The notes under the pieces: generated by a model | The model's database searches: none | Seen by the model: only the letters and a program-made list of their open reading frames with translations | Told to the model about the DNA's origin: nothing | NCBI GenBank assembly: GCA_965207225.1 | Contig: CBDBLV010000005.1 | Coordinates: 928,001-992,000 of the forward strand | Length of the DNA stretch: 64,000 bases | From: Dehalococcoidia bacterium | GTDB lineage: Bacteria > Chloroflexota > Dehalococcoidia > Plut-88900 | Direction of reading: 5' to 3' | Shown here: positions 17,631 to 27,129 of the stretch, piece after piece | Layout: each line of letters begins with the position of its first letter | Position numbering within the stretch: position 1 is the first letter of the stretch | Made by a program: the position numbers and the translations under genes

Positions 17631-18410
17631 ATGAGACGGCTTGCTGTATTGACGCTCGGAATCACGGCGGTGGCGCTGCTTGTAGTGGCGGCATGTGGGG
17701 GGTCGGCACCGGAGACGGTGGAATTCAATCTCGACATCCGGGAGAGGGAGTTGGAGCAGGAATCGGCGGTGTTCAGGGTGAAAAACGGGGACACCGTGGT
17801 ATTGCTCATAACGTCGGATGAGGTCGGGGCCCTGCACGTACACGGGTATGACCACGAGGACGAACTGGGGACGGAGGGGGTGACGAGGATGGAATTCGTG
17901 GCGGACATAGAGGGTCGGTTTGCACTGGCGCTTCACCCGGGCGTAGGTGAAGGGGGACACACCCATGGTGACGAAGGAGAGGGGTGTGAAACGACGCTGG
18001 AGTTGGCCGAGGGCGTCGGGGCGCCGGAGATCAGGGTGAATGCCGAGCCGGGTTCCGAGGCGGGGGAGATAGAGGTCGGGGTTGAGCTGGAAAACTTCGA
18101 GCTGTCGTTGACGGAGACCGAAGGCGGGGTGACGGAAGGGCACTGGCACCTCTACATCGATGGGGAGCTCCGGGGGATGTACATGCTGCCGCAGGCGAAG
18201 GTGTCGGGGGTGGGGGCGGGAGAACACGACATCATGGTGAGGCTCTCGGATACCGAGCATTGCTACTTTGGGGTCGATGCGATGACGACGGTAACCTTGT
18301 CGGAGGGGGCTTCGCACGGGGAAATGGATATGGGGGAGGATGACGGGGGGCACGGGGCGACTGAACCTGAGGAGACGATTATCGGGTTCTTAGAGGTGCT
18401 TCCGCGGTAG
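17631..18410 (+). CDS. His/Met-rich lipoprotein with cupredoxin-like domain and inserted GHWHLYIDG domain
   Basis: Lipobox VAAC; VKNGDTV.L.ITSDE..ALHVHGYD; GRFALALH; GGHTHG; SHGEMDM. Confidence 0.7.
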   Translation: MRRLAVLTLGITAVALLVVAACGGSAPETVEFNLDIRERELEQESAVFRVKNGDTVVLLITSDEVGALHVHGYDHEDELGTEGVTRMEFVADIEGRFALALHPGVGEGGHTHGDEGEGCETTLELAEGVGAPEIRVNAEPGSEAGEIEVGVELENFELSLTETEGGVTEGHWHLYIDGELRGMYMLPQAKVSGVGAGEHDIMVRLSDTEHCYFGVDAMTTVTLSEGASHGEMDMGEDDGGHGATEPEETIIGFLEVLPR

Positions 18411-18452
18411 GGGCAAGCCGCACCGCCTCTCTCTTGCGCTAGACTGGACATC

Positions 18453-19991
18453 GTGATTACTCGCGTCCTAATCGTATCGGGGCTGATTCTCGGGGCGTTG
18501 CTGCTGTTCCCGGCCGCCCATGCTCACGCGCACGGGTTCGGGGAGCGGTATGACCTCCCCGTACCGCTGTGGCTGTACCTTTACGGGGCAGGGGCCACGG
18601 TGCTGGTGTCGTTCGTCATCATCGGGATGTTCATGCGGGGGAGGGAAGAGGGGCGGGGGCCTCGGCGGTTCGACCTGTACGGCATTTCCGGGGTCCGGGC
18701 TGTACTGGAGAGTGTCGTCACCCTCACTGCGCTGAGGGTGGTGTCGGTGGGGACGCTGGGGCTGGTGATAGCGACGGCGTTCTGGGGAGACCCGGCGTCG
18801 ATAGTGAACTTCTCGGTGGCGTTCATCTGGGTGGGGTGGTGGGTGGGGCTGGGCTACGTTTTTTCGCTGGTGGGGAACCTGTGGGCGCTGCTCAACCCGT
18901 GGAAGGTGATCTTCGAATGGGTGGAGGGCCTGTACGGGGCGGTGTCGAGGGGGAAGAGGTTGGGTCTCGGGTTGCGTTATCCGTACGAGATAGGGGTGAC
19001 CCCGGCGATTGTCGTATTCTTCGGGTTTGCGTGGATAGAGAACGTCTACGCGAATGCCGGGGCGCCGACCCACCTGGGAATCATGGCCGTGTTCTACACG
19101 GTGGTTAGCCTCGGAGGGATGTTCCTGTTCGGGAAGCACACATGGCTGCACTATGGGGACGCGTTTGCGGTGCTCTACCGGTTCCTGTCCAAGTTTGCGG
19201 TGACGGAGGTGCGGGTCACGGACTCCAAGCACTGCTCGGGGTGCGAATTGCCGTGCGAGGCGGAGGAGTCGGGGTGTGTGAATTGCTACGAACGCTTCGA
19301 GAAGGCCAAAGGAGCCCGACAGCTGAATCTCCGGGCCCCGGGGGTTGGACTGGCGTATCCGGAGAGGGTCGGGACTTCGGAGGTGGTGTTCATAGTGCTG
19401 GCGCTGTCTACGGTGACGCTGGACGGGTTCAAGGAGACGGAGGCGTGGCAGAGTGTGAAGGACGCCGTCCTCACGGGTGTCACCTTCTACCGGAACGATC
19501 TGAACACGACCCTGGCGCTGGTGACATTCCCGATTATTTTCGTGGGGGCGTACCTGTTGACGTGCAAGATATCTAACCGGGTGTCGGGGGACACCAGATC
19601 GACGAGGTCGACGGCTCGGGCGTACATCTACTCGCTGATCCCGATTGCGCTGGCGTATAACGTGGCGCACTTTTTCTCGTTCCTGGCGATACAGGGGCAG
19701 CTGATCGTCAAGCTGATATCGGACCCATTCGGGTTCGGGTGGGACCTGTTCGGGACGGCGGACTGGGAGGTGCAGATTTCGATAGTCAGCGCCCGGCTGG
19801 TGTGGTTCGTCGGGGTGGGGGCGATAGTGATAGGGCACGTGATTGCGGTGTACGTGGCGCACGTGATATCGATGCGGAGGTCGGGGAGCCGGGGGGCGGC
19901 GCTGAGGAGCCAGTACCCGATGGTGGCGTTGATGGTGGGGTACACGGTGGTGAGCTTGTGGATTGTGGCGCAGCCTATTGTGGCGGGGTGA
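18453..19991 (+). CDS. Polytopic membrane protein (family often labelled fenitrothion hydrolase/FedB-like) with Cys cluster
   Basis: AHAHAHGFGERYDLPVP; about 11 TM segments; SLIPIALAYNVAH, ISDPFGFGWDLFGT, IVIGHVIAV; CxxCxxxC-x6-CxxC loop. Confidence 0.75.
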   Translation: MITRVLIVSGLILGALLLFPAAHAHAHGFGERYDLPVPLWLYLYGAGATVLVSFVIIGMFMRGREEGRGPRRFDLYGISGVRAVLESVVTLTALRVVSVGTLGLVIATAFWGDPASIVNFSVAFIWVGWWVGLGYVFSLVGNLWALLNPWKVIFEWVEGLYGAVSRGKRLGLGLRYPYEIGVTPAIVVFFGFAWIENVYANAGAPTHLGIMAVFYTVVSLGGMFLFGKHTWLHYGDAFAVLYRFLSKFAVTEVRVTDSKHCSGCELPCEAEESGCVNCYERFEKAKGARQLNLRAPGVGLAYPERVGTSEVVFIVLALSTVTLDGFKETEAWQSVKDAVLTGVTFYRNDLNTTLALVTFPIIFVGAYLLTCKISNRVSGDTRSTRSTARAYIYSLIPIALAYNVAHFFSFLAIQGQLIVKLISDPFGFGWDLFGTADWEVQISIVSARLVWFVGVGAIVIGHVIAVYVAHVISMRRSGSRGAALRSQYPMVALMVGYTVVSLWIVAQPIVAG

Positions 19992-20020
19992 GTTACACCT
20001 AGCACGGGGCTCCACCCCCA

Positions 20021-20152
20021 TTCCGTTCTTGAGACCCTTCGACTCCGCTCAGGGCGAACGGAATACCCCGCACCGGGGAGGGAACCCTCAGCCCCTGTTC
20101 AGTACCGGGTAGAAGGAAGGGATGGATTCTCGATCGGAGTCGGGAATGACGG
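20021..20152. repeat. Mosaic palindromic repeat cluster 4 between convergent genes
   Basis: TTCCGTTCTTGAGACCCTTCGACTCCGCTCAGGGCGAACGGAA and GGATTCTCGATCGGAGTCGGGAATGAC. Confidence 0.85.
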
Positions 20153-20179
20153 GGGGGGTTGTGGAGATGGTGGGGAGGG

Positions 20180-20956
20180 TTAGATGAGGACCCGACCCCC
20201 GTCTACGGGGATGATGTGGCCGGTGACCATGGCGGAGAGGTCGCTGGCGAGGAAGAGGGCTGCGCCGACGAGGTCCTGGGTCTCGACCATTCTTCCGGTT
20301 GGGATTTCCGCTACTGTCGCGGCAAGTCTTTCGGGGTCTGAGGTGGTTGCGGCCATCATGTCGGTGTTGGTCGGGCCTGGGGCGATGCCATTGACCTGTA
20401 TGCCGTATTGCGCCCACTCGACGGCCAGAGTCCTGGTCAGGCCGACCACCCCGTGCTTGCTCGAGATGTAGGTCGCCGACTGGTGGCTCCTGGAAACTAC
20501 GAAAGCGAGTTCAGAAGCGGTGTTGACGATCTTTCCTCCTCCCGTCTTCACCATCTCCCGTGCTGCGGCCTGGCACCCGAAAAAAACGCCCCGGAGGTTG
20601 ACGTTATGGACATGGTCCCACTGCTCGGGGGTAAGGTCCAGAGCCGTGCTGCGTACGATGACGCCGGCGTTGTTAAACATGATGTCGAGGCGGCCTTTGT
20701 CGGCGACGGTGCCCGAGACTGCGTTGCGGATCTGGTCGGGGTCGGTGACATCAACGTCGAGGGCGCGGGCGATGCCGCCGGACTCTTCGATGAGGGCGAG
20801 GGTTCTTGCGGAGTCGGCCTGGCGCTGGGGCAGGTCGGCGATGGTGACGTCGGCGCCGGCTGAGGCGAGACCTCGGGCTATGGCCGCCCCGATGCCCCGG
20901 GACGCGCCGGTGACTATTGCTATGCGGCCAGTGAGGTCTATGGAGGTGCCTGGCAT
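20180..20956 (-). CDS. SDR family oxidoreductase
   Basis: TGASRGIG, NNAG, YISSK. Confidence 0.92.
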   Translation of the reverse strand: MPGTSIDLTGRIAIVTGASRGIGAAIARGLASAGADVTIADLPQRQADSARTLALIEESGGIARALDVDVTDPDQIRNAVSGTVADKGRLDIMFNNAGVIVRSTALDLTPEQWDHVHNVNLRGVFFGCQAAAREMVKTGGGKIVNTASELAFVVSRSHQSATYISSKHGVVGLTRTLAVEWAQYGIQVNGIAPGPTNTDMMAATTSDPERLAATVAEIPTGRMVETQDLVGAALFLASDLSAMVTGHIIPVDGGRVLI

Positions 20957-21113
20957 TCTTCAACTCCCCGACTTGTTGGCGTAGATTTCATTTTGGCTCT
21001 GACACGATATCACATCCTACGATCCCCTCGTGCCCGCATTCATGCGCCGCGATTGCCGAAGGTATCGGGTGTCTGTAGCATTCCAAGGTAGATTGATACG
21101 GGTAAGTTGGGAT

Positions 21114-21581
21114 ATGACCGTAACTTGGCAACAATTTTCGGAGAAAGACCCTGAGCTTGCTGGGCTGGGGGAGGAGCAGTTTGGGCGGACGGGGCTGGCA
21201 CTGGTCGGGACGCTGCGTCGGGATGGATGGCCGCGGATATCGCCGGTTGAGCCGTTTATCGTGGGTGGGCAGCTATACCTGGGGATGATGTGGCGGTCGA
21301 GGAAGGCGCTGGACCTGCTTCGGGACCCGAGGTGCGTGGTGCATAGCACGGTGTCGGACAGGCTTGGGACGGAAGGGGAGTTCAAGGTGTATGGTCGGGC
21401 GGTGGAGGTGAAAGACCTGGGTGAGAGAAAACGCTTCGGCGATGCAGTTTTCGAGGCTATCGGGTATCGGCCGGAGGAGCCGGAGTTCCACTGTTTTGCC
21501 ATTAGCATCGAGAGTGTGGCGTTTACCCGGCTGGAGGGTGACAAGATGGTGCATCAGGTGTGGAAGTCGGGGGAGGGTTAG
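21114..21581 (+). CDS. Pyridoxamine 5'-phosphate oxidase-like (FDOR) protein
   Basis: GTLRRDGWPRISPVE, SRKALDLLRDPR. Confidence 0.85.
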   Translation: MTVTWQQFSEKDPELAGLGEEQFGRTGLALVGTLRRDGWPRISPVEPFIVGGQLYLGMMWRSRKALDLLRDPRCVVHSTVSDRLGTEGEFKVYGRAVEVKDLGERKRFGDAVFEAIGYRPEEPEFHCFAISIESVAFTRLEGDKMVHQVWKSGEG

Positions 21582-21668
21582 GAGCTTGTATCTGTTGCCG
21601 TGAGTCGGGCGTGGGCATACCATTGCTTCACATCCCGGCACACACATTCCAAACTGGAGGCCAAAGGC

Positions 21669-22619
21669 ATGGCGGACGTATTGAAGATCGACACCCACTT
21701 GCACTTGTACGAGACGAAGGAGATAGGCGCGTTCGAGAAGGGGGACTACGGGATCTGGGAGTACGGGCAGAAGGCGGACGTGAAGTTCAGCGCCTACGAC
21801 GGTGACCTCGAGGATACCCTGGACGCGATGGAGTCGGCGGGGTTTGCGAGGGCGATAGTGGTCAACCTGTTCTCGACCCGAGGGGTGATGCAGCGGGCGG
21901 TGGCAGGGATGTCGGGGAGGATGTCGGCGTCAGAGAGGGAGGCGGAGATCAGGAAGGTGGTGGCGGGTTACGCGGATGCGTTACGGGAGTTCAATATCGC
22001 TTCGTGTGAACGGGTGAAGGGGCACGATAACCTGATCCCGTACATTGCGCTGGACGCCATAGCGATGCCGGGGGAGGAGGGGGCGGCGCACCTTCGGGAG
22101 ATGGTTGAACAGCACGGGGCGAGGGGGGTGAAGCTGCACGGGCCAGCGCAGGGGTTCAACATGAGCGACGAGCGGATGTGGCCTTCATACGCGGTCTGCC
22201 AGGAGATGGGGTTGCCGATAGTTGCACACTCGGGGCCGGACAAGCTGGGTTTCGGGTATGCGGAGCCTCGGGCGTTTGCGGGGATGCTGGCGGCGTTCCC
22301 AGACCTGAAGGTGATTGTGGCGCACATGGGAGGGGGGACGTGGGGGCAGGCCCGGGAGCTGGCGGAGGCATATCCCAACGCGTATTTTGACTGCTGCGAG
22401 ATCATCGAATGGGTCGGCGGGGCCACCAATGCACCGACTGGGAATGAGTTTGGGCAACTAATCCGCGATATTGGGGCGTCTCGGGTGTTTATGGGGTCGG
22501 ACTTTCCGTGGTACGACCTGGACCGGACGGTGGAGCAGGTGATGGGGCTGCCAGTGCTGTCTGAAGAGGAGAAGGAGGGGATGCTGGGGGCTTATGCGGT
22601 GGAGGCGTTGGGGATTTAG
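21669..22619 (+). CDS. Amidohydrolase_2 family protein
   Basis: IDTHLH, GVKLH, VAHMGG, MGSDFPW. Confidence 0.88.
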   Translation: MADVLKIDTHLHLYETKEIGAFEKGDYGIWEYGQKADVKFSAYDGDLEDTLDAMESAGFARAIVVNLFSTRGVMQRAVAGMSGRMSASEREAEIRKVVAGYADALREFNIASCERVKGHDNLIPYIALDAIAMPGEEGAAHLREMVEQHGARGVKLHGPAQGFNMSDERMWPSYAVCQEMGLPIVAHSGPDKLGFGYAEPRAFAGMLAAFPDLKVIVAHMGGGTWGQARELAEAYPNAYFDCCEIIEWVGGATNAPTGNEFGQLIRDIGASRVFMGSDFPWYDLDRTVEQVMGLPVLSEEEKEGMLGAYAVEALGI

Positions 22620-22634
22620 CCCTGCTCGCATCCA

Positions 22635-22662
22635 AGGGCGACCCGCCGGTCGCCCCTACGGG
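22635..22662. repeat. GTAG-type REP-like palindrome
   Basis: 28 bp identical to 16603-16630. Confidence 0.85.
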
Positions 22663-22687
22663 TGTGGGGGCTAAGCCTATTTGCAGG

Positions 22688-23497
22688 CTATTTCTGGCAG
22701 GTGCGGCAGAAGTTGGTCATGCGCTGGTTGGCCTTGACCTCGCCGATCCTGCCGCCGCAGTTGGGGCAGTCCTGACCACCCTTACGGTGGACCTTGAGGA
22801 AGTCTCTTATCTTGGCGTCGATGCGGCCGTCCATGCGCTCACCGACGATTTTCGTAGCTTCATTCAGGACGGAGTGCATGCTGTTGTAGAGGGTCTCGAC
22901 TTCGTCGTCGCTGAGGGTAGTGCGCCTGCGGAAGGGGTAGATGCCGGCGTCGAAGAGGATTTCGTCGGAGTAGGCGTTGCCTATGCCGGCGAGGAAGGTG
23001 TCGGTGACCAGAATGCGCTTGATCTGGCCCGAGTAGCGGCGTAGGCGCTGGCGGAAGATGTCTAGGGTGAGTTCGGGGTCCAGGGCGTCGGGGCCCATGC
23101 GGTCGAAGTTGGGGATGATTGACTCTTCACCCGGGCCTACGCAGTAGACTTTGCCCATGACTCGCATGTCGTGGTAGCGGAGGTCCATGCCGTTTTCGAG
23201 GTTCAGGGTGAAGCAGGTCTTGGCGTGGACCTTGGTGTCGGGTGCGACATACTGGAAGCCGCCGGTGAGCATGGGGTTGACGGCAAGGGTGTCGCCGGAT
23301 TGGGCCTTGAAGAGAAGGAACTTGCCGCGGCGATTGACAACGGAAAAAGTCTGTCCTTCCAGTTTGGAGGCGAAGGCGTCGATGGCGGGGTAGCGGATGA
23401 CGATGGGGATGCGAGGTTGGACGGAGTCGATGCGGACGCCGGGCAGTCTTTCGTTGAGGAATATGAGGATGTTTTCGAGGTCTGGGATCTCGGGCAT
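22688..23497 (-). CDS. Fpg/Nei family DNA glycosylase
   Basis: MPEIPD N-terminus, RRGKFL, GPDAL, AGIGNAYSDEIL (H2TH), CPNC...CRTCQ zinc finger. Confidence 0.92.
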   Translation of the reverse strand: MPEIPDLENILIFLNERLPGVRIDSVQPRIPIVIRYPAIDAFASKLEGQTFSVVNRRGKFLLFKAQSGDTLAVNPMLTGGFQYVAPDTKVHAKTCFTLNLENGMDLRYHDMRVMGKVYCVGPGEESIIPNFDRMGPDALDPELTLDIFRQRLRRYSGQIKRILVTDTFLAGIGNAYSDEILFDAGIYPFRRRTTLSDDEVETLYNSMHSVLNEATKIVGERMDGRIDAKIRDFLKVHRKGGQDCPNCGGRIGEVKANQRMTNFCRTCQK

Positions 23498-23615
23498 GGG
23501 GGGTCTCCTGGGGGGATTATACCCGGCCCCGCGCTCCATGACCGCGTTGACACCCGAAAAGGCGCGATGGCACAATTTGCGCCGTCCCAACATCTTCCGA
23601 CGAGACCTTCTGAAA

Positions 23616-24791
23616 ATGGATTCCGTCCTTACTGGATACACCATCATCGACCTGTCCCGCGATATGGCGGGTTCGTATGCGTGTATGCTTCTGGGGGACA
23701 TGGGGGCGTCGGTGGTCAAGGTGGAAACGCCGGAGGGTCGGGGGTGGAGGGGTAATGCGCCGTTCCATCACTGGAACAGGGGCAAGAAGAGTGTAGCGCT
23801 GGACCTGTCGGTGGAAGGGGCACGGGGGGCGCTGGAGGCGATCGTGAAGTCGGGGGACGTGGTAGTGGAGGACTACTTGGCCGAAGAGGCACGGGAGCGA
23901 GGGCTGGACTATGAAACGCTTTCCAAACTCAACCCGGAGGTCGTGTACTGCGCCATGCCCCCATTTGGAGATGATGGGCCCCTGGCGGACAAGCCTGGGA
24001 ACGATGGAGTAGTTTCGGCGTATTCCGCACTGATGGGGAACCAGAACGGGCCAGGCGGGGCCCCGGAGTACGTTACTGTTCCAGGCCCGAGCTGCGGGGC
24101 CGCATTCCTCGCGGCGTATTCGATAACCTCGGCGCTTTACGTGAGGGAGATGGAGGGAGTCGGGCAGAAGGTGGAAGTGCCGCTGCTTAACGGCTCGATA
24201 GTCATGCAGGGAAGCGCGTTCATCCGGGGCCCGGGCATACACGGGGACCCGGAGGGCGACACTCGGGACCAGAGGGGAGTGCAGTCTGCCTACCGCCTGT
24301 ACAGGTGCATCGATGGGAAGTGGATATTCATCGCATGTGGGAATGACAGGTTCTGGGGCAAGCTCTGCATTGCAATGGGGATGGAGGACTTAATGACCAA
24401 CCCCAGGTTCCGGGACGCGCCCTGGCATTTCGAGCCGGAGGACGAGCAGAGAATGAAGGCGGTGCTGGATGAAGAGATTGGGAAGGAGACCCAGGACTAC
24501 TGGCTCCGGCACTTCGATGAGCACGACGTGCCCGCCGCCCCCGCCGACACCCGGGACGACTTTATAGTCGATCCCCAGGTGTTGTCCGACGGCATCCTGG
24601 TGAATATTGATGATCTTACTTTTGGCATGATAACCCAGTTGGGACCGCTGGTCACTGTGGCGGGTCTGCAGGGCTCGGTGTCCGGACCGGCGCCGGGGTT
24701 GGGACAGCACGGGGTGGAGGTGCTGAAAGGGCTGGGGTTTGCGGAAGGGGAATGCCGCAAGCTGGTGGAGTCGGGGGGGTTGATTTGCTGA
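23616..24791 (+). CDS. Family III CoA-transferase subunit (catalytic Asp apparently absent)
   Basis: DMGASVVKVE, WNRGKKSVALDL, APGLGQH. Confidence 0.88.
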   Translation: MDSVLTGYTIIDLSRDMAGSYACMLLGDMGASVVKVETPEGRGWRGNAPFHHWNRGKKSVALDLSVEGARGALEAIVKSGDVVVEDYLAEEARERGLDYETLSKLNPEVVYCAMPPFGDDGPLADKPGNDGVVSAYSALMGNQNGPGGAPEYVTVPGPSCGAAFLAAYSITSALYVREMEGVGQKVEVPLLNGSIVMQGSAFIRGPGIHGDPEGDTRDQRGVQSAYRLYRCIDGKWIFIACGNDRFWGKLCIAMGMEDLMTNPRFRDAPWHFEPEDEQRMKAVLDEEIGKETQDYWLRHFDEHDVPAAPADTRDDFIVDPQVLSDGILVNIDDLTFGMITQLGPLVTVAGLQGSVSGPAPGLGQHGVEVLKGLGFAEGECRKLVESGGLIC

Positions 24792-25927
24792 AGCATCCGT
24801 TCTCTAAAGTCAAAGTTGTCGACCTGGCCAGCTACATAGCCGGCGCTTTGTGTCCGGGACTGCTGGCGGACTTCGGGGCGGAAGTGATCAAGGTAGAGTC
24901 ACATGCAGGGGACCCGTTTCGGGGGTTCGGGCTAACGTTCCAGGACTGGAACCGCGGTAAGCGGAGCATCTGCATCGACCTCAAGACTGAGGCGGGGCGA
25001 GGGGTGCTGTACAAGCTGGTGAAAGATGCGGATGTGGTGGTGGAGAACTACAGGCCGGGTGTATCCAGACGACTCGGCGCCGATTACGAGACCCTAAGCA
25101 AGATAAATCCCAACCTGGTGTATTGCTCCGTTTCTGCGTATGGACAAGAGGGACCGTACAGGAGCAAACCGGGCTTCGATCCATTGCTCCAGGCCCGGAG
25201 CGGGGCGATGGACTATCAGGGTGGGGAGACGAGACCGCCGGTTTTCCTTGTCATGGCCATCTCGGATTACGGAGCGGCGTGTCTCGGGGCTTACGGGGTG
25301 GCGTTGGGTTTGCTCGCCAGGGCTCGGACGGGAAAGGGCCGGAAGGTGGAGACGTCCTTGCTGAGGGCCTGCATGGCGATGCAGTCGGGAAGGTTTGTGG
25401 TAGTGAGTAGGGGAGAGAACGGGACACGGGAGGCGGACTACGTGGGAGAAGGGCCAGGGTACCGGATTTACCAGACGGCCGACGGCTGGATATTCGTTGG
25501 GGTCCGGTCGGAGGAGGAGTGGGGTCGGCTTGGCAGGGCGGTCGGGCTGGATCTTGCTGCTCTCCGAAACGGAGACTCTTCAGATGAGGCATTGGGCCAA
25601 ACTCTTGGCAAGACGTTCGCCTCGGCCTCCTCCGGCGAGTGGCTGTCTTGCCTGGAAGAGCATCTCGTTCCCTGTGCGCCCATTCAACAGGTCACAGATT
25701 TATACGAGGATGAACAGATGAAGAGGAACGGGCTGAGCGTCGACTATGATTCCCCGGACTTTGGGCCCATAACCCTTCGGGGCGCTCCGGCTATATTCTC
25801 AAAGACGCCCGGTCTATCAGAGAAGGCTGCACCGTCGTTAGGGCAGCACACTGACGAGGTGCTGAGGGAAGTCGGGTACTCTGACGAGGATATCCGGAGC
25901 TTACACACAAACAAGGTGGTCAGGTAA
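24785..25927 (+). CDS. Family III CoA-transferase
   Basis: DFGAEVIKVE, NRGKRS, ENYRPG, AISDY; TTG start overlapping previous stop. Confidence 0.9.
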   Translation: MLKHPFSKVKVVDLASYIAGALCPGLLADFGAEVIKVESHAGDPFRGFGLTFQDWNRGKRSICIDLKTEAGRGVLYKLVKDADVVVENYRPGVSRRLGADYETLSKINPNLVYCSVSAYGQEGPYRSKPGFDPLLQARSGAMDYQGGETRPPVFLVMAISDYGAACLGAYGVALGLLARARTGKGRKVETSLLRACMAMQSGRFVVVSRGENGTREADYVGEGPGYRIYQTADGWIFVGVRSEEEWGRLGRAVGLDLAALRNGDSSDEALGQTLGKTFASASSGEWLSCLEEHLVPCAPIQQVTDLYEDEQMKRNGLSVDYDSPDFGPITLRGAPAIFSKTPGLSEKAAPSLGQHTDEVLREVGYSDEDIRSLHTNKVVR

Positions 25928-25932
25928 GGGTA

Positions 25933-26712
25933 ATGGCAACTGAGAGACTGCAAGGGAAGAAGGCCCTGGTGACGGGTGGGGGTGTGGGGATTGGGGAGTC
26001 GATAGCGCTGGCGTTTGCCCGGGAGGGGGCGGACGTGGCGATCGCATCCCGGAACACGGCAAACCTCGAAGGAGTGGCTGCAAAGATACGGGAGATGGGT
26101 CGCACAGCACTGGCGATTACCGCGGACATTGCTGAAGAAGACGAAGTCAAGGCGATGGTGGAGAAGACGATGTCGGAGTTTGGGCGGATAGACGTGCTGG
26201 TGAACAACTCGGGGATACCGGGCCAGTTCCTGGATGTGTCGGAGATGGACCTGTCGGACTGGAACCAGGTGCTGGCAGTTAACATAACGGGTACGATGCT
26301 GTGCAGCCGGGAAGCTTTGAGGGACATGCGGGCACGGAAGTCGGGCAACATCATCAATATCTCGTCGATGGCGGGGAAAAGGGTTACGCCCAAACGCAGC
26401 TCATACGTGTCTTCCAAGTTTGCGATGCACGGGTTCACGCTGACCCTGGCGCAGGAGGTCGGGCCCGACAACATCCGGGTGAACTGCATATGCCCCGGGG
26501 CGACGGAGGGAGACCGGATTGAGAGGGTTATCAACTCCTTTGTGGAGAGCACGGGTCGGAACTACGAGGAGGTGAGGAAACGGCTGGAGAGTAGGGCGTC
26601 GTTGCGGAGGATGGTAACGCCGGAGGAGGTGGCGGAGTGCGCGGTTTTCTTCGCGAGTGAGGAGTCGAGCGGGATGACGGGGCAGATAGTGGATGTATCG
26701 GCGGGGACGTGA
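25933..26712 (+). CDS. SDR family oxidoreductase
   Basis: TGGGVGIG, NNSG, YVSSK. Confidence 0.92.
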   Translation: MATERLQGKKALVTGGGVGIGESIALAFAREGADVAIASRNTANLEGVAAKIREMGRTALAITADIAEEDEVKAMVEKTMSEFGRIDVLVNNSGIPGQFLDVSEMDLSDWNQVLAVNITGTMLCSREALRDMRARKSGNIINISSMAGKRVTPKRSSYVSSKFAMHGFTLTLAQEVGPDNIRVNCICPGATEGDRIERVINSFVESTGRNYEEVRKRLESRASLRRMVTPEEVAECAVFFASEESSGMTGQIVDVSAGT

Positions 26713-26818
26713 GGGGGGAAGGTGATTTGGCTCTAAGTCCTGAAGGCTGGCAGATAGCTTATTGATTGCATAATTGATAACAATGTGTAATACTGCTGGT
26801 GGAAGCGAAGATGCTGCT

Positions 26819-27082
26819 ATGACACTCAACGTAGAAGGCTATGAGTCTCTCAAGGACGAATTTCACTATTACCTTGATCATCAAGATGAGTTTGTGAAGA
26901 AGTATGATGGGAAGGTCATTGCGCTAAAGGACCACAAGGTGCTGGGTGCTTATGAGAATTACGGCGATGCTTATATGCTGACTAAGAGGCACCACAAACC
27001 CGGGACCTTTATGCTGCAAAGAGTGAGTGAGGGGGAAGAGGACTACACTGTAACAATTCACTCTCCGGTGTTTCCCTCATAG
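26819..27082 (+). CDS. DUF5678-like small protein (putative antitoxin/partner)
   Basis: YYLDHQDEFVKKYDGKVIALKDHKVLGAY...GTFMLQ pattern; lower GC. Confidence 0.7.
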   Translation: MTLNVEGYESLKDEFHYYLDHQDEFVKKYDGKVIALKDHKVLGAYENYGDAYMLTKRHHKPGTFMLQRVSEGEEDYTVTIHSPVFPS

Positions 27083-27129
27083 CTCACCAAAAGCAATCCT
27101 ACAGCTTCACGACTATACAAACCGGTCGA

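Noticed and set aside
22688-23719. ORF-track long N-termini (Fpg 23719, CoA-transferase 23397, adk 51383, rplQ 46617, rpsS 58782, rpsJ 61662)
   Set aside because: Family N-terminal motifs and SD positions indicate shorter true starts
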